A DNA stretch of 64,000 nt from positions 23,272 to 87,271 of the forward strand of contig JAJEGJ010000052.1 in assembly GCA_022819905.1 (NCBI GenBank), written 5' to 3'. Positions 46,888 through 56,281 of this stretch are shown here, in pieces (positions within the stretch are counted from its first letter, which is position 1; the number at the start of each line of letters is the position of its first letter). Below the pieces are notes generated by a model, which did no database searches, was not told the DNA's origin, and was given only the letters and a program-made list of their open reading frames with translations. Position numbers and translations under genes: made by a program. The DNA is from Alphaproteobacteria bacterium. Its GTDB lineage: Bacteria > Pseudomonadota > Alphaproteobacteria > TMED109.

Positions 46888-47742
46888 GTGCGAGGGCTTC
46901 CGGCAATCATCAGCGCCTGCGCCAATGCAGACCTCAGGGATTTCGTCCCGTTGCGCATCGATGGAACGCTGGCCGGCCGCATTCACCACCGCCGCGCGCC
47001 GTACCTGCTCGAGCGCCTTCCCTGGTTGCAGCGAGGTGCCGACGTGCTGCTGTGGAACGGTGACGACCCCGCCATGCGCACGCGGAAGCTGGCCGAAGCG
47101 CTGCCCGCGCTGGCTGAGGCCGGGCTGGCACGCGCGGCCACCGGAGAACTGTTCGACGTGGTGCGACCGTTCGGCGGAAACCCGCTGGCACAGTGTGACC
47201 GCGCCCTGCTCCCTACGTTCGGATTCCCCGGCTATGGGGTCCACGTGATCGGTTACGTCGCCGACGCGGACGGACCCTTGATCTGGATCCCCAGGCGCTC
47301 CCGCGACCGGGAAATCGCGCCCGGTCAGCTCGACAACACCATCGCCGGCGGCATCGCATCCGGAATGACGGTAATCGAAACGCTCAGGAAGGAAGCGCAG
47401 GAAGAGGCGGGCCTGGCATCTCCTCTGGTGGACGCCGCGCGCCCCACCGGAGCACTCGCATATTGTCACCAGGAGGGCGAATTCCTCCGGGATGACACGC
47501 TGTTCCTGTACGACCTGCCGATGCATCGAGGCATCCGGCCGCGCAATCTCGACGGCGAAGTAGAGGATTTTTCGCTGATGCCATGGCGGCAGGTCCTCAA
47601 GCTGCTCCGGAACGGCGCTTCCTTCAAGTTCAACTGCGGACCGGTGCTGATCGACTTCCTGTTGCGGCACGGCCTGATGGACCCGGACCGGGAGCCCGGC
47701 TATTCGAGCCTCGCTCGGGCGCTCCGGGGTTCCAAGCACTGA
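46888..47742 (+). CDS. NUDIX hydrolase with N-terminal DUF4743-like domain
   Basis: 284-aa ORF with a GTG start 1 nt after the MFS stop. NUDIX box: GGIASGMTVIETLRKEAQEEAGL. Confidence 0.8.
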   Translation: MRGLPAIISACANADLRDFVPLRIDGTLAGRIHHRRAPYLLERLPWLQRGADVLLWNGDDPAMRTRKLAEALPALAEAGLARAATGELFDVVRPFGGNPLAQCDRALLPTFGFPGYGVHVIGYVADADGPLIWIPRRSRDREIAPGQLDNTIAGGIASGMTVIETLRKEAQEEAGLASPLVDAARPTGALAYCHQEGEFLRDDTLFLYDLPMHRGIRPRNLDGEVEDFSLMPWRQVLKLLRNGASFKFNCGPVLIDFLLRHGLMDPDREPGYSSLARALRGSKH

Positions 47743-47807
47743 TGCAATCCGCCGCCCGTCCCGAACCAGCTGACGAACGCGCCGCCGGCGTGGCGGTAGA
47801 CAGGTCG

Positions 47808-48233
47808 TTACGTGGCGACGTCTGCTTCTGACAAACCGACCTGAACGATGCGCGGGCGATCGATTCCGGCGACACCGACATACATCATGCGTCTGCCGTC
47901 CAGCTCCCGGGGTCGCACGCCCTGTTCGACGTGGTCCGCCTGTCGGGTCAGCAGCATCGCGAACGGCGCCGCCTGACCTGGCACCGCAGGATCGGCAGGA
48001 AACGTGAAGGCGGTGCCCGGCGTGCTGCTGTACTGGGTCTTCCCGGTTTCGTCCGTGACCCAAATTTCCGCCAGTACCGTCCCCGCCACGACGCGAGACA
48101 AGGCGGCGTCGATATCGTCGGCGCTGGTGCCGGCGCGCACGGCGGCATCCACGTAGTGCGCCACCAACTGGGCTGCCGCCCGCATGTGACGGGCGGCAGC
48201 ACGTTCCGGTTCGGTCAGCTTCGCATCAGCCAC
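47808..48233 (-). CDS. Hypothetical cytoplasmic protein, possibly a stand-alone Cache/PDC-like sensor fold
   Basis: A GTG at 48233 has GGAGG 8 nt upstream and gives 141 aa. The segment AEIWVTDETGKTQYSSTPG.AFTFPADP...PF..LLT......EQGV.PRELDGR.MMYVGVAG.DRPRIVQVG resembles sensor modules seen at the N-terminus of chemoreceptors. There is no signal peptide, TM segment or output domain. Confidence 0.5.
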   Translation of the reverse strand: MADAKLTEPERAAARHMRAAAQLVAHYVDAAVRAGTSADDIDAALSRVVAGTVLAEIWVTDETGKTQYSSTPGTAFTFPADPAVPGQAAPFAMLLTRQADHVEQGVRPRELDGRRMMYVGVAGIDRPRIVQVGLSEADVAT

Positions 48234-48404
48234 GTTCCATTCCTCCCGGGCACCCTGGTGTGGCGCCGCCCGCCACCGGTCCGGCCCAACGAGGCACATA
48301 CATACCCGCCGACGCGCTCACGTGTGAACCGGTTCCCCGGTCACCTTGTGCGGCTGATCCACCCCGCATCGAATGACGGGGAGTTCCAGCTGGGTCGGCC
48401 GGGT

Positions 48405-48435
48405 GGCGCGGGTTCGGCCGCCCGCGACCCGCGCC
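48405..48435 (-). terminator. GC-rich hairpin downstream of tolC (possible terminator, no U-tract)
   Basis: GGCGCGGGT (48405-48413) pairs with ACCCGCGCC (48427-48435), giving a 9-bp stem and a 13-nt loop. It lies about 40 nt past the tolC stop on the minus strand. Confidence 0.2.
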
Positions 48436-48472
48436 GCAGGTACGCCCGGCCGCCATGCAACCCTTCTCCCCG

Positions 48473-49930
48473 CTACCGCAGGTCTCCGATCCTGAGACCG
48501 CCCACGGCCTCCAGCAGGCGATAGCTCTCCACGATCCGGTCCCGCTCCGCCGTCAGGGCCTCGATCTCCTGCTCAACCAGAATGCGCTGGGCATCCAGCA
48601 CTTCCCGTAGCGAGCGTTTGCCGACCTCCGCCTCGTGCCGGATATGCTCAAGTGCGGTTTCCGATGCCGTCACCGCGGTCATGATCGCCGCGCTGCGCTC
48701 CCGTGCGGTCTGCAGGTTGTACCAGGCGCTCTCCGTCTCCTGGACAGCCTCCAGCCGCGCCGCCATCCATTCTTCCCGCCGTTGCAGGTAGATCCGCTTG
48801 GCTTGGTTCAGACGGCCCTTGACCGCGCCGGCCTGGTAGATCGGGATCCGCAGCAGGATGCCGGCGCTGATATCCGCCCTGCGTTCCCGGGCCGCCGAAT
48901 CCGGACCCGTCAGGGGAGCACCCGGCAGGAAGAAGCGCTGGCCCTGATCGTGCTTGTTCGTCACCGACATGGACCCCACGAGATCCACCGTCGGGCCGGC
49001 CTCGCCGTGGATGGCACGCATCGCATGCTCCGCCGCATGCAGGGCGTGTTGCGCCACCCGCACGGCCGGTCCCAGGTGCTCGGCTGCCCGGCGGGCGTCG
49101 TTGAGCGTCGGCGGCAGCACCATCGGATCCGGCTCGGCGGCGGGCTCGAGCCGACCCGGCGGCGCGCCAACCAGCTTCTCCAGCAGGGATCGCTCAATCG
49201 CAAGTTGAGCGCGGGCGGACAGAATTGCGGTAGCGGCAACCGCCCGCTCGGCTTCGGCCTGGGCGACGTCGCTCCGCGTGCGCTCACCCACCTCAAACAG
49301 GACGCGGGCCTCCCGGGCGCGCTCCTCGAATGCGGCCAACGCCTCCTCCCGCAACGCGACCGTATGCTCGGCCAGGAGGGCATCCAGATACGTGACGGCT
49401 ACGCGCAGCAGTACGTTCTGCTGGACGTCCTGTGCCGCCGCAATGCCCTGGCGCGCGGTGCGGCGCGCTTGGCGCAGCTTCTCGGTATCGCTGCCGCCAC
49501 GGTACAAGCTGTGGTTGTACACGAGCCCGAGCGTGAACCGCCCCGTGGTCGAGTACCCCGCATTGTCACCTTCCTGGACCGCAGTCGTATCCAGCCAGTT
49601 GTAGGCGGCGTCGGCGCGGGCAAACCCATGGACCGTGGGAAACCACGCGGCGCGGGCCACCGAGACCGCGGCGTAGTCAGCATTGGCTGCTTCGCGGGCC
49701 GCCCGCACGGTGGGATTTGCCGACGCGGCCAGAACGAACGCTTCTTCCAGGGAAAGACCGCGCGCCGATGGAATGGTTGCAGCGATTGCGGCCAGTACGG
49801 TCAGGATCGCCTTACGCGCCTGCTGATCTCCTCTCGCCCACAGCCACTTCAGGATCAGAAACCGCGTCCGGCGCACACTGTTGCCTCTCATCCGCCGGCT
49901 GCAAACCGCCCGAGGCATGGTAGCCGACAC
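48473..49930 (-). CDS. tolC: TolC-family outer membrane efflux protein
   Basis: 485-aa ORF. LSLEEAF..A...NP.V.AA........A.V..A.A..FP is a typical TolC N-terminus, followed by two repeated coiled-coil / beta-barrel halves. The exact start is uncertain. Confidence 0.85.
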   Translation of the reverse strand: MSATMPRAVCSRRMRGNSVRRTRFLILKWLWARGDQQARKAILTVLAAIAATIPSARGLSLEEAFVLAASANPTVRAAREAANADYAAVSVARAAWFPTVHGFARADAAYNWLDTTAVQEGDNAGYSTTGRFTLGLVYNHSLYRGGSDTEKLRQARRTARQGIAAAQDVQQNVLLRVAVTYLDALLAEHTVALREEALAAFEERAREARVLFEVGERTRSDVAQAEAERAVAATAILSARAQLAIERSLLEKLVGAPPGRLEPAAEPDPMVLPPTLNDARRAAEHLGPAVRVAQHALHAAEHAMRAIHGEAGPTVDLVGSMSVTNKHDQGQRFFLPGAPLTGPDSAARERRADISAGILLRIPIYQAGAVKGRLNQAKRIYLQRREEWMAARLEAVQETESAWYNLQTARERSAAIMTAVTASETALEHIRHEAEVGKRSLREVLDAQRILVEQEIEALTAERDRIVESYRLLEAVGGLRIGDLR

Positions 49931-49990
49931 GGGAAGTGAACTGTTGACCGTGACCTGCCGCGATGACCGCTGGCTGCCACGCGCCCACCG

Positions 49991-50464
49991 TCACTTGTGA
50001 ACTCGACGAACCAGCAGGGTCAGGCCTTCCGCCCCGACCACCTCGATTTCCGTGCCGACCTGGAGTGTCTCACCCGTCTCGGTGCGGACCTGCCAGACGC
50101 TGTCGTCGAACGCCACCCGGCCCCGGCCACCGCTAAGCGCGTCCGTGAGCACCGCACGCTGGCCCAGATACTGGGCGGTGCGAACGTTGAGGTCGGGACG
50201 GTCGCTGGCCGGGGGCCGCCGCCGCCCGATCAAGTACTCCCATGCGAAGGCCGCGGCGCCCGAAGTCAGGGCCAGGATCAGGACCTGGTAGCGCCAGTCG
50301 AGGTCGGGCACGAACGCGACGATGATGCCCACCACGAAGCTTCCCGCGGCGGGCCACACCAGCACCATCGAAGTGAGGAACGCTTCCACCACCAGCAGCG
50401 CGAGACCGAACGCCCACCAGTGCCAGAACTCGATGGCCCATAGCCACCCGATCAGGACATCCAC
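49991..50464 (-). CDS. NfeD-family membrane protein
   Basis: 157-aa ORF with three N-terminal TM helices. The C-terminal OB-fold segment (GRGRVAFDDSVWQVRTETGETLQVGTEIEVVGAEGLTLLV) is typical of NfeD. Confidence 0.85.
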   Translation of the reverse strand: MDVLIGWLWAIEFWHWWAFGLALLVVEAFLTSMVLVWPAAGSFVVGIIVAFVPDLDWRYQVLILALTSGAAAFAWEYLIGRRRPPASDRPDLNVRTAQYLGQRAVLTDALSGGRGRVAFDDSVWQVRTETGETLQVGTEIEVVGAEGLTLLVRRVHK

Positions 50465-50476
50465 CGTGTTCCGTCC

Positions 50477-51517
50477 CTAGTCGCCCGCCTTCGGCACCGA
50501 TGCCCGCGCCGGCGCCGCGGTTTCCGTCGAGTCGTCGGCAGCAGCGGCCACGGGCACTGCCTCGGCCGGCATCGACGGCTTGCCTCCGTCCCTGCCGAAC
50601 ACCGACTTTGCGATCTCGGCAATCCCGCCAAGGCTGCCGATCAGGCTGGAAGCCTCGACCGGGAACAGCACGACCCGCTGGTTGGGTGCAGCGGCAAGGT
50701 CACCGATCGCGTTCACGTACTTCTGGGCTACGAAGTAGTTGATCGCATTCATGTCACCGGCCGCGATGGCGGCGGATACGGATGCGGTGGCGTGGGCCTC
50801 GGCCTGCGCTTCGCGCTCACGCGCCTCCGCGTCGCGGAACGCCGCCTCTCGTCGGCCCTCAGCCTCCAGGATGGCCGCCTGCTTGAGCCCTTCCGCACGC
50901 AGGATGGCCGATTGCTTGTCCCCTTCCGCCTGCAGCACCTCCGCGCGCTTGTCGCGCTCGGCCTTCATCTGTCGCCCCATTGCCTCCACCAGGTCCGCTG
51001 GCGGCCGGAGATCCTTGATCTCCACACGCGTCACCTTGACTCCCCAGGGGTTGGTGGCCGTGTCGATGACCTGCAGGAGGCGGGCATTGATGTCGTCCCG
51101 CTTGGACAGGATGTCGTCGAGCGACATCGCGCCGAGGACGCTTCGGATATTGGTCAACGCGAGGTTGATCATGGCGCCCTTCAGGTTCTGCACCTCGTAG
51201 GCGGCGCGGGGAGAGTCCACAACCTGGAAGAAGGCAACGCCATCGGCGGTGATCGTGGCGTTGTCCTGTGAAATCACGTCCTGCGAGGGAATGTCGAGCA
51301 CGGTTTCTCGCATCGACAGTCGCTGCCCGATGCGGTCGATGATCGGCACGATCAGGCGCAATCCCGGCGGCAGGGTGCGCACGTAACGGCCGAAGCGTTC
51401 GACCGTCCACTGCTCGGCCTGCGGCACCTGCTTGACGCCCGACAGCACGATGACGGCCATCACGGCCACCACGGCGATGACGAAAATAAGGAACGGACTC
51501 AAACTGTATGCCTCCAT
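50477..51517 (-). CDS. SPFH/band-7 (stomatin/QmcA-like) membrane protein
   Basis: The ATG at 51517 gives MEAYSLSPFLIFVIAVVAVMAVIVL, a TM anchor, followed by the SPFH core (VKQVPQAEQWTVERFGRY..., ITADGVAFFQV, NPWGVKVTRVEIKD) and a coiled-coil Ala/Glu region. It forms the classic pair with nfeD. Confidence 0.9.
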   Translation of the reverse strand: MEAYSLSPFLIFVIAVVAVMAVIVLSGVKQVPQAEQWTVERFGRYVRTLPPGLRLIVPIIDRIGQRLSMRETVLDIPSQDVISQDNATITADGVAFFQVVDSPRAAYEVQNLKGAMINLALTNIRSVLGAMSLDDILSKRDDINARLLQVIDTATNPWGVKVTRVEIKDLRPPADLVEAMGRQMKAERDKRAEVLQAEGDKQSAILRAEGLKQAAILEAEGRREAAFRDAEAREREAQAEAHATASVSAAIAAGDMNAINYFVAQKYVNAIGDLAAAPNQRVVLFPVEASSLIGSLGGIAEIAKSVFGRDGGKPSMPAEAVPVAAAADDSTETAAPARASVPKAGD

Positions 51518-51561
51518 GCCAATGGGCTCCCGTTGATCGAATGCAGCGCCAACAGCTGAAT

Positions 51562-51580
51562 GTCGCACAATTCGTGCGAC
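51562..51580. promoter_or_regulatory. Perfect palindrome GTCGCAC-N5-GTGCGAC upstream of the SPFH-nfeD-tolC genes (candidate operator)
   Basis: A 7+7 bp inverted repeat read directly, 45-63 nt upstream of ATG 51517. It sits in the only AT-rich patch of the spacer and lies within a possible TTGCTC-N17-CGACAT promoter on the minus strand. Confidence 0.35.
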
Positions 51581-52092
51581 TTGAGCAAAATACACGCGAA
51601 TACAAGCAAATACCCATGATCATCGGATTGCCGCCGCGCGCGGTCCGACCGAGCAACGATGGAGCAGTCAGCCGGAGGCAGGCGCTCCGACACTCCCTTA
51701 CCTGCTGGCGCTGTCCCGGCGCAGGATCCCGCGTTCGATGCCGGGCCCCACGGAGTGCCGTACCCGCTCGGCGGATCGACGCCGAGGCGGTGCGGCGGAG
51801 AGGTGTCGCAGCGCGGCCCCGTGACCAGGCCCCCCGAATGATGCGGTTCCTGGCCGGAACCGATGCTTGAGGTGCGAGTGGGCGCCCGGCACCTCCATAT
51901 CGTCCATCGAAATGCCGTAACGCACTGTTTCAACGCCGTTGTCGCGGCGGCAGGACGGTTGGCTGCGCAGCTGGTCCCATTCATGCCTGTCCTTGCATGA
52001 ACTGAACCTGACCCAGCGCGCCTTGACGCCGGGAAGCGGGGAGCCGCGGCGCAGCAACCGAGCGCCGTGTCGCAACCCCTGCTCGCTGCGGA

Positions 52093-53493
52093 CTACGGCA
52101 AGGGAATCGGAACGAGGTCGAACAGCGCCTCGTTCCACTGCAGGTGCACCCAGATCCCGACCGCGTAACCCACCGCGATCACGGGCGTCCACCGGAGGTG
52201 CGAGAAGAACGTGTAGATCCCGCGGGCCTGTCCCATCAGGGCAACGCCCGCGGCCGAGCCGATCGAAATCATGCTGCCGCCGACGCCTGCGGCGTAGGTC
52301 ACCAGCAGCCACTGTCCCTCATCCATGGCCGGGAAGGCCGTCAGCACCGCGAACATCACCGGAATGTTGTCGACAATCGCGGAGAGGACCCCGACCAGCG
52401 AGTTGGCCCAAGTGTTGCCCAGCCCGCCGTAGACCACTTCGGTGGACAGGGCGAGATAGCCGAAATTGGCCAGCCCGCCCACGCACATGAGGACCCCGTA
52501 AAAGAAGAACAGCGTGTCCCATTCGCCGCGGCCGACCGTCTTGAAAATGTCGAAGGCGTCCTCGCCGTCGCGCGCCTGACGGACATCGTGACGCCGCAGC
52601 AGCAGGCTGAACCAGCAGAGCACGCCGAAGCCCGCCAGCATTCCGAAGGCTGGCGGAACGTGGAACAACTGGTGGGACGACACCGTGAAGCAGATCGTCC
52701 CCAGGAACAGGGCGACGATCACCAGGGCGCCGTGGCGGAGTCGCACCGTGTCCGACTCGACCGTGGGATGCCCGTCCGGAACCGCGAAATGCATGACCGC
52801 CGCCGGGATCACGAAACTGACCGCTGACGGCACGAAGATCGCGAAGAAATCCCAGAAGGACAGCACACCCTTCTGCCAGACCATCAGCGTGGTGATGTCG
52901 CCGAACGGGCTGAACGCGCCGCCCGCGTTGGCCGCCACCACGATGTTTGCAGCCGCGATGGCGACAAACCGGGGCTGTCCCTTCCCCACGGCCATCACCA
53001 CTGCGCACATCACGAGTGCAGTGGTCAGGTTGTCCGCGATCGGTGACAGGAAGAAGGCGATGATGCCGGTGATCCAGAACACCTTCCGAAGGCCAAACCC
53101 CCGGGAAACGAGCCAGGCGCGCAGCCACTCGAAGACGTTCCGCTCCGTCATCGCATTGATGTACGTGATCGCGACCAGAAGGAAGAAGAACAGCTCGGCG
53201 AATTCCATGAACATGTGTCGGAAGGCGTCCTGCAGCGCGTGCTGCTCGGCACCCGTCTCCCGGGCGGCGATCGCCAGCAGGACCCAGATCGCGGCGCCGC
53301 CGATCAGCACGGGCTTGGATTTCCGGATGTGGGTGAATTCCTCCGTCATGACCACCAGGTAGGCGATGACGAAAATCACCAACGCAAACAACCCGATTGG
53401 GGCTGTCGTGAGACCAAGATTCATTCCGCCGGACGCCTCGGCGGCGAGAGCCGGGGTCGGGGCGAGCAGCAACAAGGCGGCGATGAAGCGCAT
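52093..53493 (-). CDS. nhaD: NhaD-type Na+/H+ antiporter (ArsB/NhaD permease superfamily)
   Basis: The ATG at 53493 gives MRFIAALLLLAPTPALAAEA. The 466-aa polytopic protein contains MTEEFTHIRKSKPVL..G and SPIADNLTTALVM segments typical of NhaD. Confidence 0.82.
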   Translation of the reverse strand: MRFIAALLLLAPTPALAAEASGGMNLGLTTAPIGLFALVIFVIAYLVVMTEEFTHIRKSKPVLIGGAAIWVLLAIAARETGAEQHALQDAFRHMFMEFAELFFFLLVAITYINAMTERNVFEWLRAWLVSRGFGLRKVFWITGIIAFFLSPIADNLTTALVMCAVVMAVGKGQPRFVAIAAANIVVAANAGGAFSPFGDITTLMVWQKGVLSFWDFFAIFVPSAVSFVIPAAVMHFAVPDGHPTVESDTVRLRHGALVIVALFLGTICFTVSSHQLFHVPPAFGMLAGFGVLCWFSLLLRRHDVRQARDGEDAFDIFKTVGRGEWDTLFFFYGVLMCVGGLANFGYLALSTEVVYGGLGNTWANSLVGVLSAIVDNIPVMFAVLTAFPAMDEGQWLLVTYAAGVGGSMISIGSAAGVALMGQARGIYTFFSHLRWTPVIAVGYAVGIWVHLQWNEALFDLVPIPLP

Positions 53494-53617
53494 AGAACTC
53501 ACTCGGAAGGGAACTGCCGGTAGCGACAGGGACCCGTATAGCCGAGCACTCCGTCCGCCGCCACTGCCTGCTGCTTGCACTATGCTTGCCTCCCCGACCT
53601 GTGATTGGGAGGCCGGT

Positions 53618-54022
53618 ATGGCAGTTGAGCTACGCTCTCTCGACCATGTGACCGTTTGCACCCGTGACCTTGACGCTTCGCTTGCGTTCTATCGCGGTGT
53701 GCTCGGACTGGAGCTCGCGGACTGGCGGCCCCCGTTCAAGTTCGACGGGGCCTGGCTGGCGCTTGCCGGACACGCTGTCGTGCATCTGGTGACCGGTCGG
53801 CCCGCGGAGAACCCCACCGGGGCAGTCGACCATTTCGCGATTGCCGGCGCGGGCTCGCCGGAAACCGCGAAGGCCGAACTGACTGCAAAGAACGTCGCAT
53901 TCGACGAGCGCGTGACCCCCGACGGACGGTTTCGTCAGCTGTTCATCGTGGACCCCGACGGCGTGAAGATCGAAATCGTGTTCGATCAGACGCGCCTGGC
54001 CGCCGGAACCGCTACCGCCTGA
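53618..54022 (+). CDS. VOC-family (glyoxalase/bleomycin resistance/dioxygenase) protein
   Basis: The ATG at 53618 is preceded by GGGAGG. LDHVTVCTRDLDASLAFYRGVLGLEL...DHFAI...DPDGVKIEIV is the VOC pattern. 134 aa. Confidence 0.85.
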   Translation: MAVELRSLDHVTVCTRDLDASLAFYRGVLGLELADWRPPFKFDGAWLALAGHAVVHLVTGRPAENPTGAVDHFAIAGAGSPETAKAELTAKNVAFDERVTPDGRFRQLFIVDPDGVKIEIVFDQTRLAAGTATA

Positions 54023-54046
54023 ACGCCAGTCACCGCTCGGCCCCGC

Positions 54047-55135
54047 TCACGCGGATGCGGGTGCCGTTCCCCGCCAGGCGTTTTCGAGCATGATCCGCAG
54101 TGGTTGAGCGGCGAGCGGCCGCGGATTCTCGCACGGGGCGGCGAGGATCATGGCGACCGCCTGTTCGATTCCCGTTTCGGGAAAGCCCAGGTCCCGCAGG
54201 GCCACGGGAGCGCCCACTCGCTGCATCAGGTCGAACATGCTCTTCGCCGGATGCGTGTCGGCGGTACCGAGCGCCCGGCTGATGCGGGCCATCGCGTCCG
54301 GGGCGGCGTCCGCGTTGTACGCGATGGCGTGGGGCAGGAGGGCCGTGTGCGTATCAGCGTGCGGCAACCCCCAGCTCCCGCCGACCACGTGGGCCGCCTT
54401 GTGATGGAGCGCAATTCCGGCAGAGACGATCGGTTGTCCGCATAGCCAGGCCGCGCGAAGGCCGAGGCCCCATCCGTCCAGGCTGCGCGGATCGGCCGCC
54501 AGGCGCTCGAGTGCCCGCGCCATCATGCCCAGCCCCTCTTCGGCCAGCAGCGAGGCAAAGGGATTGGCGCCGGGACTGTAGAACGCCTCAACGGCATGCG
54601 CGATCGCATTGAAGCCGCTTGGAATGGCAACCTCCAGCGGCAGGCCGCGCACGAGTTCCGGATCGTAGATGATGGTCGCCGGCAGCATCCGCTCCGACTG
54701 ATGCAGCCGCTTCACGCCGTCTTCCAGCATGCCTTCCAGGTTGGTCGACTCGGAGCCGGAGAACGTTGTCGGGACGGCGATGATCGGGATGTCCGCCGTG
54801 TGGGCGATCATCTTCGCGAGCCCGATGGCGGACCCGCCCCCGTAGGCCACCAACCCGTCCGCCGCGGCTTGCCGGGCAGCTTCTCGGGCGACCGCGACGA
54901 CCTCGACGGGAACGTGCGGGCGGGCCTCGGCGCAGACGGTGCCGATCTGTCCGCGGAAACGCCCGGCCAGCTCTTCCGCCGCCGCACGTCGGCCGGGCGT
55001 GCAGCAGACCATGGCCCGGGAGACTCCGAGCCGGCTGATCTCTTCCCCCAGGTCGCTGAGCGCGCCGGGGCCATACACCACCCGGCCGGGAAGACCGATG
55101 TGGACGAACCTTTCCACTGCGCGCGGCTCCCGCAA
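54047..55135 (-). CDS. Iron-containing alcohol dehydrogenase family, maleylacetate reductase-like
   Basis: 362-aa ORF. AYGGGSAIGLAK..A......IIAVPTTFSGSE and the His-rich metal site (HKAAHVVGG.WGLPHADTH) are present. Confidence 0.8.
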   Translation of the reverse strand: MREPRAVERFVHIGLPGRVVYGPGALSDLGEEISRLGVSRAMVCCTPGRRAAAEELAGRFRGQIGTVCAEARPHVPVEVVAVAREAARQAAADGLVAYGGGSAIGLAKMIAHTADIPIIAVPTTFSGSESTNLEGMLEDGVKRLHQSERMLPATIIYDPELVRGLPLEVAIPSGFNAIAHAVEAFYSPGANPFASLLAEEGLGMMARALERLAADPRSLDGWGLGLRAAWLCGQPIVSAGIALHHKAAHVVGGSWGLPHADTHTALLPHAIAYNADAAPDAMARISRALGTADTHPAKSMFDLMQRVGAPVALRDLGFPETGIEQAVAMILAAPCENPRPLAAQPLRIMLENAWRGTAPASA

Positions 55136-55147
55136 CCGGTCCAGGGC

Positions 55148-56257
55148 TCAGCTGAGGACGGCGGTCTGCTTGCGTTCGATCAGATCGAAGTCGATCTCAG
55201 CGCCGATCCCGGGCCGGTTCGGCGCATGGACGAGGCCTTCGGAGTCCGGGCTCAGGTCCTCGACGAGGCCGTACTTCTGGGCGTCCGCCGGCAGCAGCAC
55301 CTCGAAGAACTCCGTGTTGGGAATGGCGGCGATCACGTGCAGGTTGGCCCAGTTGTTGTGCGAGTTGCCGCCGTGGTGAACCTCGTAGTTCATCCCGAAC
55401 GCCTCGGCCAGATGCGCGGTCTTCAGGATGCCGGTAATGCCGCCCTTGACCGCCACGTCGCCGCGCAGGTAGTCGGTCGCTCGCATCATGATCCACGGGA
55501 CGTAGGCCGTGAACCCGCCGGGCGAGTACTCGGTCGCCATGAGGGGAATGTTCAGCTTTTCCCGAAGCTTGACGCAATTGTAGATGTCGTCGTCGGCAAG
55601 CGGATCCTCGTACCAGTAGAACCCGAGTTCCTCGATGGCGCGCCCGACGCGGATCGCGTGCTGGAACGAGTAGCTCCAGGTCGAATCCAGCATGACCCGG
55701 TAACCGTCCCCGACGGCCTGCCGCACGGCGCGGCACACCTCGATGTCCTCCGCCCAGCGTGTGGGCGGGTGAATCTTGTAGGCCGCCCACCCGGCCTCCT
55801 TGATCCGTACCGCTTCCTCGGCGTACGCCTCCTTCGATGGCAGCAGCGCCGACGACGCGTACGCCGGCACGCTGTGCCGATACGTGCCGATCAACTGGTG
55901 CACGGGCAGCCCGGCCGCCTTCCCGGCGAGGTCCCACAGCGCGATGTCCGCGGCACCGATGGCGCGCCAGGCCACGGCGCGGTTCCGGTGGCAGAGGTCG
56001 TCGTACAGCCGTTCACGGTCGAGCGGATTTCGCTCCATCAAGAGCGGCTTCAGGTGGCGGATGAAGTCGGGGCCGTCGGCGTGCGCGCCGTCGAGCGCCG
56101 ACCCCAGGAACGCATGCCCCTCGAGCCCTTCGTCGGTGTGGATCGTCACCAACCCCATCTCGCTGGTGCCGCCGAATATCCCGGTGTGGCGGTTGTACGA
56201 CGTGGCGGGAATGCCGTCCCACTGAAACAGCGTGACGGTGACGTCGGTGATCTTCAT
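55148..56257 (-). CDS. Enolase-superfamily enzyme (mandelate racemase / muconate lactonizing enzyme family)
   Basis: 369-aa ORF. MKITDV N-terminal capping domain, then AIGAADIALWDLAGK, KIH, MLDSTW, YWYEDP and ATEY, which are positions typical of the barrel metal and base ligands. Confidence 0.82.
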   Translation of the reverse strand: MKITDVTVTLFQWDGIPATSYNRHTGIFGGTSEMGLVTIHTDEGLEGHAFLGSALDGAHADGPDFIRHLKPLLMERNPLDRERLYDDLCHRNRAVAWRAIGAADIALWDLAGKAAGLPVHQLIGTYRHSVPAYASSALLPSKEAYAEEAVRIKEAGWAAYKIHPPTRWAEDIEVCRAVRQAVGDGYRVMLDSTWSYSFQHAIRVGRAIEELGFYWYEDPLADDDIYNCVKLREKLNIPLMATEYSPGGFTAYVPWIMMRATDYLRGDVAVKGGITGILKTAHLAEAFGMNYEVHHGGNSHNNWANLHVIAAIPNTEFFEVLLPADAQKYGLVEDLSPDSEGLVHAPNRPGIGAEIDFDLIERKQTAVLS

Positions 56258-56281
56258 GGATCCTCCAGCCGGAACGGCCGT

